Virus record (IMG/VR): IMGVR_UViG_3300013426_000028
Span: 1-64,000 of that record
Source of the DNA: a virus
Taxonomy: Duplodnaviria; Caudoviricetes
Length of the DNA: 64,000 nucleotides
Direction: 5' to 3' (one strand)
The translations under genes and the position numbers were made by a program. The notes under the pieces were generated by a model. That model was not told the origin of the DNA, ran no database searches, and worked only from the letters and a program-made list of their open reading frames with translations. Below are positions 47,774-55,218 of the stretch, piece after piece. Position 1 is the first letter of the stretch, and each line of letters starts with the position of its first letter.

Positions 47774-47789
47774 CGTTTCACGTGAAACA
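47774..47789. promoter_or_regulatory. parS: parS centromere site (ParB/Spo0J binding)
   Basis: CGTTTCACGTGAAACA is 15/16 to the consensus TGTTTCACGTGAAACA, with a perfect 14-bp palindromic core. Confidence 0.75.
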
Positions 47790-48163
47790 TGCTGGGTCAA
47801 AGAAGAGAGAAGTCTTCTTTTTCTTCGATTACAAGCCTGTTTCCAAGATTTTTTAGAATGATTCTAAAAATAAACAATTGTTAAAATATCAACAAAATAA
47901 GTAAAACTGTTGAAAAAAGATATCGAACACTTTGTTCGGAAACTTAGAAATATCGAACATTTTGTTTGATTACTCAAAAGACGTCTGTGCAAACAAAAAG
48001 ATAACCCCTTTATACCCCCTCAAGATAAAAAAACAAGGGGTTATCCAAGAACCAGTTCATAAACAAGTTTGAGACATTAGGGAATAAAGCTCAAGAAGAA
48101 TAAAAAGAATCAAAACAAAGCTCAAATTAGATCTTAAGAAAATTAATAAACTTGCAAAAAAAC

Positions 48164-48191
48164 TTGACATTAGGAAAAAATCAATTATAAT
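48164..48191 (+). promoter_or_regulatory. Promoter
   Basis: TTGACA-N16-TATAAT. Confidence 0.75.
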
Positions 48192-48216
48192 AGATAATGT
48201 AAAGGAGTGTGATAAT

Positions 48217-48537
48217 ATGAAACTACCAGAGACACTAAGTGTACCAATGGAAGAACAAGAGACATTAATCAGTTGGAGTAGAAATGATGAAAAGGTAAAG
48301 ATCTATACGTCAGATAATACAGTACTGACAAAACTCAAGAAACTATCAGAAGCGGCACCTGATAAATATAAACTAGTAAGTGTTGTTAATAATCAAGATG
48401 GCAGTGCATATTCTGTAACATTTGAAGTAAATAAAAAGTGTGTAAGCTTAAGACAAGGAAAAGAAAGAGAATACACAGAAGAGCAAAAACAAGAAATGTT
48501 AGAGAGAATGTCAGCATTAAGAAATAGGAAAGGATAA
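48217..48537 (+). CDS. Hypothetical phage protein
   Basis: AAGGAG RBS behind promoter. Confidence 0.6.
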   Translation: MKLPETLSVPMEEQETLISWSRNDEKVKIYTSDNTVLTKLKKLSEAAPDKYKLVSVVNNQDGSAYSVTFEVNKKCVSLRQGKEREYTEEQKQEMLERMSALRNRKG

Positions 48538-48543
48538 AGACAT

Positions 48544-49404
48544 ATGGGATACGATAAGCGAATTGATGAATGGGATAAAATTAAACATCGAACGGATCAT
48601 TTTCTAACGTATAATAAAGTAGAGAAAAAACATATAGAAGCATATAAAAAGGAAACGCAGGCATGTGACACACATACACGTGTAAATATAAATAAGGATA
48701 ATATATCCGATGCATCCATCATTAGAGCCAAGAAAAAGACCCAGGTCCAAGAGAATCAGAAGTTCTTAAGTGAGCCATTTGTAAAGTTCAGAGGCATCGC
48801 GAAAAACGATGATGATAAGAGTTGGGTATATGGATATTACTATAGGCAATTATATAGTATGGATGATAACGGCGCACCTATATATAGACATTACATTGTG
48901 ATGGACTGTGAGAATAAGATGACGGCGTGGATGAAGGGACTTGCGAAAGAACCGTTGAGAAGTCCGATCTTTGTTGAAGTCATTGGAGAGACAGTTACGC
49001 AATGGAGTAAATGCACAGACTTGGAAGGTAATGATATATACGAAGGTGATATTGTTGAGGTATATGAATTTGAGTACGTGGGTGAAGGAGAGAATCATAG
49101 GCCTGTAAAAAAGAAAGTGTTCGATGGAGTGGCTGCCGTGGGCGAAATGGGTAGAGGTGAGAAGAACGGTGCACCAAGCTTGTTTGTGGGATGCGTTAAT
49201 GACGCCGCTAGATTAGCCGCTAAGAACTTCAGAGAAGCCGTGTATGGATATAAGATCGTGGGCAACTTCTTTGAGGATCCAGAGTGGTATAATGAGATAA
49301 AGAGAGGTAAATATAAGGATGACCTCAACAGTAACGATGATGATGGCTTTGATGACATCTGGGATAGAATCGATCCTGAAAGTGATGGAGATGATGAAGC
49401 ATAA
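48544..49404 (+). CDS. YopX-family domain protein
   Basis: KFRG....WVYGYY, ETVTQ...D..G.DIYEGDIV, IVGN.FE.PE. Confidence 0.75.
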   Translation: MGYDKRIDEWDKIKHRTDHFLTYNKVEKKHIEAYKKETQACDTHTRVNINKDNISDASIIRAKKKTQVQENQKFLSEPFVKFRGIAKNDDDKSWVYGYYYRQLYSMDDNGAPIYRHYIVMDCENKMTAWMKGLAKEPLRSPIFVEVIGETVTQWSKCTDLEGNDIYEGDIVEVYEFEYVGEGENHRPVKKKVFDGVAAVGEMGRGEKNGAPSLFVGCVNDAARLAAKNFREAVYGYKIVGNFFEDPEWYNEIKRGKYKDDLNSNDDDGFDDIWDRIDPESDGDDEA

Positions 49405-49625
49405 TGTATTGGTACGATGATGATAGCTTCTGGGAGGATAAGAAACCTCCTAAGACATATGATTACTTGCATGATGATATAGAGGATCCTGCGGAGTATG
49501 ATGATTGGTTACGATATATGGCAAGAGGAATTGGAATGAGGTATCCTGATGAAGATGACGTGTATAGTGATCATGATGAATACGGTGATATAATAATGCC
49601 ACCGTGGAACGATGATGACGATTAG
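49404..49625 (+). CDS. Small, highly acidic, aromatic-rich protein
   Basis: TAATG overlap; Asp-rich; followed by terminator. Confidence 0.5.
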   Translation: MYWYDDDSFWEDKKPPKTYDYLHDDIEDPAEYDDWLRYMARGIGMRYPDEDDVYSDHDEYGDIIMPPWNDDDD

Positions 49626-49646
49626 GGAGCGCAAGCTCTCTTTTTG
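49624..49646 (+). terminator. Intrinsic terminator
   Basis: AGGGAGC-GCAA-GCTCTCT plus T-run. Confidence 0.75.
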
Positions 49647-50146
49647 TTTTGTGCCTGTGGTGTGAATCTGTTTAAATCTGTTTGAATCATTTAGATTCTG
49701 TGTTCATCTGGTGTGTCTCAATAGAGTATGATGATTCATTTTGCAATTAGATAAATTAAGAATCCAGATGATCTAAATAATCTAGATGAATCTGATGAAG
49801 CATCAAGAAAAAAATCTGGCCCTAGAATAAAAAGCTTCCTGCCTCATTAAAAAACGTCGCCCCATCAAACATTCGATTTATTTTCCATTTACATGGAGAA
49901 AAAACAAACTGAATCCCTTCCAGGTATAATTTAAGGGGACTCCGCGTTCTTGTCTGTTATTTAAAGAACTACCTTTAAATAAATCGTCTAAAATCGAAAA
50001 TAACTATATATAAACTCTTAGAAATTCCCAGAATCATTAAATTAATTATATAATAATTAAAAAGAACTAAAAAGAATTAAAAGAATCTTCCCTCCATCAA
50101 AAAAAGTATCCCTCTCAAAAAAAATAAAAAAAGTTTTTAAAACCTA

Positions 50147-50174
50147 TTGACTTATTTTTATATTCCTGTATACT
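50147..50174 (+). promoter_or_regulatory. Promoter with upstream A-tracts and no downstream ORF
   Basis: TTGACT-N16-TATACT followed by the ..AGTGTAA start motif seen at other promoters. Confidence 0.7.
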
Positions 50175-50180
50175 TATTAG

Positions 50181-50980
50181 TGTAAAGGGGGAAAGGAAAT
50201 GAACCTCCGAAGTACCCCTTACAAGTTCTTTGAAAAATCAATATCAGTCCATTATCATTTTGGATAAAAAAGAATTCATCACAGTGACGACGTCATAAAA
50301 GTACTAACTTAAACTGTAAAAAATAATCTGACAGTATAAACGAGGCGTCGGTACCGTGATGAACTCTTTTAAAAGCTAGTACGGAACTTGGCCAAATCCC
50401 GCTGATACTATTAAAATAACATTTATCATGTTTTCTCCAACCTATATTTAAATGAACCTTATCGGTTATTTTAATATCAAGGGAAATTGATGATGCAATG
50501 CAATACGCTATTAACCAAAATAATCAGCATAACTCAGTGAATCCCCAATTCACTTCCCGCACTACTTTCCAAAAGATTCATTCAACCCATCCCCTTAACA
50601 GGGATGCTATGAGGGCTCTGTTTAGAAGATCCAATAGGAACAGTTATTTATATCTACTTATAAATAATTAAACTCCTTATGGTCCCTCTTTAAATGTGCA
50701 AATTTATTAATCCCTTCTTCAGAGCTTTCATAGGGTCCTTGTAAGGCCCAATTTTAGTTTTTATAGATGGACTAGGTAGACAAATTAGGTAGACAAAGAG
50801 GACGCCTGTTTTGGACAGACAGGTTTCCTTGAAGAGCAGAGATCAGAACACCACACCACCTTCTAACCTGAAAGTATTTGATCAGTACCTTTTCTATCTC
50901 TGCTCCTTAAGGCAACTTATTTACCTTAGCTCACACCGTATTCACCACTTTTCCTCCTGGTAGTACGGTGTTTTCGTTTT
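50181..50980 (+). ncRNA. Candidate long (~800 nt) highly structured non-coding RNA
   Basis: Own promoter, boxA-like GTTCTTTGAAAA (50225), at least 7 long helices with G-U pairs on the + strand, terminal hairpin plus T-run, no ORF of 60 aa or more. Confidence 0.65.
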
Positions 50981-51808
50981 CTCTTTATCCTCATCTAATC
51001 GGATCCTTTTTTCTTATTGACACTGTGTCAGTAATATTCTGTGCCCTTCTTTTTCCTCTTTTTTTATTATCTTCCTTCTTCCAGATGCTTGCAAATTGTA
51101 ATCATCTGTTTTTCTCTATTTGCTCCTGTAAGTACAGTTTTTTAATACTTCGTGGAGCAAAAATTGCACTTCAAATTCTGTTTTTACCTTTTCAGGTGCA
51201 AAAAATCTCACCCTCTCGTTAAAAAACAATCGCCCTTATAGCTAATATATTAGCGATTAAGGTTACAAAAGAGGTTTATCGCTAATATTTGAGCGATTCT
51301 TTCACCATCATATAGTATCCCCTGCGAGAGCGCCCTTTTTGTGACACTGTAATGTCACTTTTCTGGATGTTTTCTATCTTTTTTTCTGGTTCTTTTCTGG
51401 ATGATGCATCAATGACATAATTCTGGTATAATTATAACATAATTATGTACCTCGTAGCTATATCATTATAATGATATATTTCACACTATTCTACTCCATA
51501 TACTACACTACCTCCTCTCGTCCATTTCTTTTTTCGCTTATAGGCATACACCAGATTTTTCGCGCCTATAAGGCTGAAAAAATACGGGCGGCAGAAAAAA
51601 GGTGGCACTCCAGTAAAAAAAAGTGGGGCGCCCGTGTAAAAAGTGCCCGCTCGCATAGTTTCCCCTGGCTGCGTAGTTTTACGTCGGTCATTTCCCTTCG
51701 ACGGTTATGGATTGCTTGGGGCTGGTTATAGTATCGCTTGGATTACGGATTTACTTTGCTTGAATAAAAGTCAACTACTTAGACGGCGAGGAATAAAGGA
51801 GTGAACCT

Positions 51809-51886
51809 TTACTTTCGGCCCACTCCAGTCATGCAGCAAAACAAATATACTGCACAAACAATGAAACTTAACATAAGTCCATTCAT
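51809..51886 (-). CDS. 25-aa hydrophobic peptide, type I toxin-like (not in ORF track)
   Basis: MNGLMLSFIVCAVYLFCCMTGVGRK; AAAGGAGGTGA RBS; upstream TTGTAT-N16-TACAAT. Confidence 0.5.
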   Translation of the reverse strand: MNGLMLSFIVCAVYLFCCMTGVGRK

Positions 51887-51942
51887 TATCTACTCACCTC
51901 CTTTCCAATATATTGTAACACATAAACTGTGTAATACAATCA

Positions 51943-52668
51943 TTAGTTTTTACCTACAACTGATAATCTTACCGTTGGAAAGATAGGACACATCATATCA
52001 AAATAATTTGCTTTGTATTCTGAAGATTCTTTTTCTTCATCTGTTAGTCCTATGGCAACTCGTCTTAACATAGCATCTGGTTTAAAATCATCTGTGAGAA
52101 CATCTATATCTACAGGAGTACCATAGATTTTATTAATTGCGTCATAGATTTTATCTTCTCCAAATCGTTCTAGGTGTTCGTAATTAATAGCTAAGTTACC
52201 AAACACTTGTAGCTGAGGTACCCAGTTTTCTCTTGCTATAATTTCTTCTAATGGAAGCAAGACGTTGTTAATTGGAAATATAGGAAACACTTTTTTGCGC
52301 TTATCAATACGAGTTAAATCAATTAATAATTGTCGTGCTTCTAAAAGAGCTGATATAATAGATGAATCTTTTAACAGGAAATTATGACATCCTTCTAATC
52401 GATGACTGTCTTTTCTTTTTAATGCTCTTATATAAGATCTGGTAATTTGATTTAAGTCTCCTTGTATACCTAAAGAATGTACACGTTCTAATAAAGCTCC
52501 GACATGAAAGTTTCCATGGCCTTGTAAAAAATCATATTCAACTGCAACAAGCTGTTGATCCCAAGTCATAGTATTAACATAATCTTCTGTGATTTCATCA
52601 TTTAATTTAATGGAGTTATAGACTCTAACAATGTGTGTAATGATTTTGTATCTTAATTCGTTTTTCAT
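51943..52668 (-). CDS. Hypothetical protein
   Basis: AGGAGG RBS, TGnTATAAT promoter, AATAGGAACA leader motif. Confidence 0.65.
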   Translation of the reverse strand: MKNELRYKIITHIVRVYNSIKLNDEITEDYVNTMTWDQQLVAVEYDFLQGHGNFHVGALLERVHSLGIQGDLNQITRSYIRALKRKDSHRLEGCHNFLLKDSSIISALLEARQLLIDLTRIDKRKKVFPIFPINNVLLPLEEIIARENWVPQLQVFGNLAINYEHLERFGEDKIYDAINKIYGTPVDIDVLTDDFKPDAMLRRVAIGLTDEEKESSEYKANYFDMMCPIFPTVRLSVVGKN

Positions 52669-52775
52669 AAGTTTTCCTCCTAATACTTTTATTTGTTCCT
52701 ATTTGATTAATACCATTATACCACAAGTGTTGTCAGCACACAAGTGGTATAATGATTTTGTTTAATTAATTTGAA

Positions 52776-53042
52776 CTACCATTCACGATAATATTTTGTG
52801 TATGAAGTATTAGGATAAAGCTTAGAATCTTCTGCTTCTTCACATTCGGTAACAGTAATTTCAACATGATGAGTATGACATCTTGTTTCATCTGCCATTA
52901 CTTCATCTACTTTCTTCTTAAGAGCATCGGATACTTTTGAAAAGTTATCCATAGGTTCTGTTACTCTGAACTCAAGAGTTGGTTCGTTCATTTCATCACA
53001 ACTAACAATTTTACAACTTCCAATATAAACAATTTTTCTCAT
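52776..53042 (-). CDS. Hypothetical protein
   Basis: AGGAGG RBS. Confidence 0.6.
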   Translation of the reverse strand: MRKIVYIGSCKIVSCDEMNEPTLEFRVTEPMDNFSKVSDALKKKVDEVMADETRCHTHHVEITVTECEEAEDSKLYPNTSYTKYYREW

Positions 53043-53063
53043 TTTTATTTTTCCTCCTATTGT

Positions 53064-53342
53064 TTATTTATTAAGATATACTTTTTTGTCATTATAGCCT
53101 AGATCTTCAATAATCTCTGGTAAATGTTCTGTTCCGAATCCTAATGATTCATAATTGTTAAACCCTGCGACTTCGTCCATTTGAAGTTGTTCGTGCCATA
53201 CATTAAATATGTGAGCGTGATTGCCCTTGTCACAGACACAACAAGACCAACCTTCTTCTCTTCCCATATATTGTCCTGTCCAGACATCTCCAAATGCATC
53301 TTTTACCTTGTACCAGTGGCCTTTAATAAATTTGCTTTTCAT
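53064..53342 (-). CDS. Hypothetical protein
   Basis: AGGAGG RBS. Confidence 0.6.
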   Translation of the reverse strand: MKSKFIKGHWYKVKDAFGDVWTGQYMGREEGWSCCVCDKGNHAHIFNVWHEQLQMDEVAGFNNYESLGFGTEHLPEIIEDLGYNDKKVYLNK

Positions 53343-53403
53343 AACATATTTCCTCCTTTGTTTTAGTTATGATAGACTGTTCCTATTGAATTTTAAATTT
53401 TAA

Positions 53404-54177
53404 TTATTTAATAATACGAATCTTAAGTTGTTCTGGATATGATATACCTGCTACACTTAATACATCATAACAAATTTCTATGAATGATAAATCTTTATAT
53501 TCTTCATCGAACATACAAGCTCCACCATCATCTTCTTTCAATTTGTTTTTCCATATTTCTATATTCTCTTCTGTTATTTTATCTTGTCTTTCGGGATTAT
53601 TTTCATACACCTCATAATAAGCGTATGATTCATATCCTTCCTCATCATCTTCTTCACTTAAATCTGAAGTTCCTTCACAAATATGAAAAATCCAATGTTC
53701 ATGTTCATAATCATTAGAATCTCCTACAGCTATCCAGAAATCTGTTTTAGTATTTGGACGTCCTTCAATTTTCATCTGAGATAATTTTTTCATATTTTCT
53801 TGTTCTTTATAGACATCATTTATATCCACATTAAATGCTTGATGAGCAATCAATTCAAGCCAATCAATATAATATGTTTGAATATTTTGATTATTTTTAC
53901 ATTCTTCTAAAAGTTCTGCGAATGATTTACTATAAACATCTTGTAAACCATAAATTTCATTTAAGTCATCAAGAATATAATTATCATAATATATTTCTAA
54001 TCTATCTAATACAGCTGCTGTATTATCAAAACGATCCTTTTCGATTTTACCAAGATTAGCACCTTGTAAATCTTCTAAACTGTAATATTGTATTCCTTCT
54101 ACTTCTTCCTGTTTGATTAATTCGAAGTCCATATCTGATAACAACATAGCACAAATTTTTGCATAATTCTTTTTCAT
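53404..54177 (-). CDS. Acidic hypothetical protein
   Basis: AGGAGG RBS; DLQGANLG.I and DGG motifs. Confidence 0.6.
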   Translation of the reverse strand: MKKNYAKICAMLLSDMDFELIKQEEVEGIQYYSLEDLQGANLGKIEKDRFDNTAAVLDRLEIYYDNYILDDLNEIYGLQDVYSKSFAELLEECKNNQNIQTYYIDWLELIAHQAFNVDINDVYKEQENMKKLSQMKIEGRPNTKTDFWIAVGDSNDYEHEHWIFHICEGTSDLSEEDDEEGYESYAYYEVYENNPERQDKITEENIEIWKNKLKEDDGGACMFDEEYKDLSFIEICYDVLSVAGISYPEQLKIRIIK

Positions 54178-54241
54178 ACCTTATTTCCTCCTTTGTATGA
54201 TTTAATAAACGACTGTTCCTATTTAATTTTTAAATTCTTGT

Positions 54242-54379
54242 TTATCTTATATTTAACAATAAATACAAAATTAATGTTAAAAGTACAAGAAAAACTGAAT
54301 ATCCTTCTCTTTTTGCCTGTTTACATATAAAATATATTACAGCACCGAAAAAGACCAATAAGAAAATTGCAACTTCCAT
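54242..54379 (-). CDS. Small two-TM membrane peptide
   Basis: AAGGAGGG RBS before ATG 54379. Confidence 0.5.
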   Translation of the reverse strand: MEVAIFLLVFFGAVIYFICKQAKREGYSVFLVLLTLILYLLLNIR

Positions 54380-54405
54380 ATTGCACGTCCCTCCTTTCTT
54401 TTTAA

Positions 54406-54492
54406 TTATTGAGGTGATAATCCACACCAAAGCACGAAAAACAAAAGTAATAATAAAGCTAAAACTAAATAAGTATAATCTTCATTACTCAT
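54406..54492 (-). CDS. 28-aa single-TM peptide (not in ORF track)
   Basis: AAGGAG RBS; MSNEDYTYLVLALLLLLFFVLWCGLSPQ. Confidence 0.45.
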   Translation of the reverse strand: MSNEDYTYLVLALLLLLFFVLWCGLSPQ

Positions 54493-54513
54493 AATATTTT
54501 CTCCTTTCTTTTA

Positions 54514-55143
54514 TTAATGTTGATGGAAGAAAGTCATTTGACCTAACATCATCTTCCAACAATTTTTACAAGTCTTACAACTTCCTGGACATTGATATCC
54601 GCCTGTTGGTACATTTGCTTTAAATTCAGATGATTTTTTGAATTCGACATATGTAACAGGAAGTAAATATTTATTCTTCACTGTTTTATTATATTCTTCA
54701 TCCCACATACTTAAAACAATTTTAAGATTTACAGGAAGACTTTCAATGCCATGTTTGTCAATCCATTCATTGATTAATTCCCATTTCTTAGTAAATGCTA
54801 AGAATGTTGTTTGAGGACAAGCTAACGCAACTCTGACCATACCGTCTAAATATTGTTCGTCAACTATATCTCCTGATGAATGCCATCTGAAATATTTATA
54901 TGTAACATCGTCATTGTTTAAATATTTAATAACCTCATCAAAGAACGCTACTTTATCTTCATTATATGAATTGTAATTATCCATATGAGATTTTTTAACG
55001 TTTGGATATAAATGAGTTCCTCTACGAGCGTAGCAAAGTTTTGCACAAGGTGCATTTCTTCTACAAGTGATGATTGGTGGAAGATTTAAGGTTGGAACCT
55101 TATCTCCTAATTTACTATTTGATAAACTGATGTGTACTAACAT
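54514..55143 (-). CDS. GP88-family (radical-SAM-related) protein
   Basis: NSKLG, TC....PC...CYA, FRWHSSGD, FTK, C-terminal CPGSC..C..CW. Confidence 0.7.
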   Translation of the reverse strand: MLVHISLSNSKLGDKVPTLNLPPIITCRRNAPCAKLCYARRGTHLYPNVKKSHMDNYNSYNEDKVAFFDEVIKYLNNDDVTYKYFRWHSSGDIVDEQYLDGMVRVALACPQTTFLAFTKKWELINEWIDKHGIESLPVNLKIVLSMWDEEYNKTVKNKYLLPVTYVEFKKSSEFKANVPTGGYQCPGSCKTCKNCWKMMLGQMTFFHQH

Positions 55144-55218
55144 AACATTTTTCCTCCTTATATAAAATTTTGTTATGAATCGACTCGACTGTTCCTATTT
55201 AATTTTTAATTTATATGT

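Larger units (their letters stand above)
46274..48120. other. About 1.9 kb non-coding repeat-rich region, candidate replication origin
   Basis: Local C-rich to T/G-rich switch, several short repeat families, RY tracts, parS. Confidence 0.5.

Noticed and set aside
50932-50972. Group II intron domain V (CCGTA...GTACGG resemblance)
   Set aside because: Catalytic triad would read CAC rather than AGC/CGC, the loop is too large, and no RT/maturase or interrupted gene is nearby
46274-51900. tRNA, tmRNA or RNase P genes in the non-coding zones
   Set aside because: No T-loop GTTCRA within a cloverleaf, no tmRNA ends and no RNase P P4 signature recognised by eye; tRNAscan-SE/ARAGORN would be needed to exclude them fully
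50968-51986. ORFs 50968..51222, 51471..51731 and 51801..51986 (+)
   Set aside because: No RBS, atypical composition; the last is antisense to a better-supported minus-strand micro-gene
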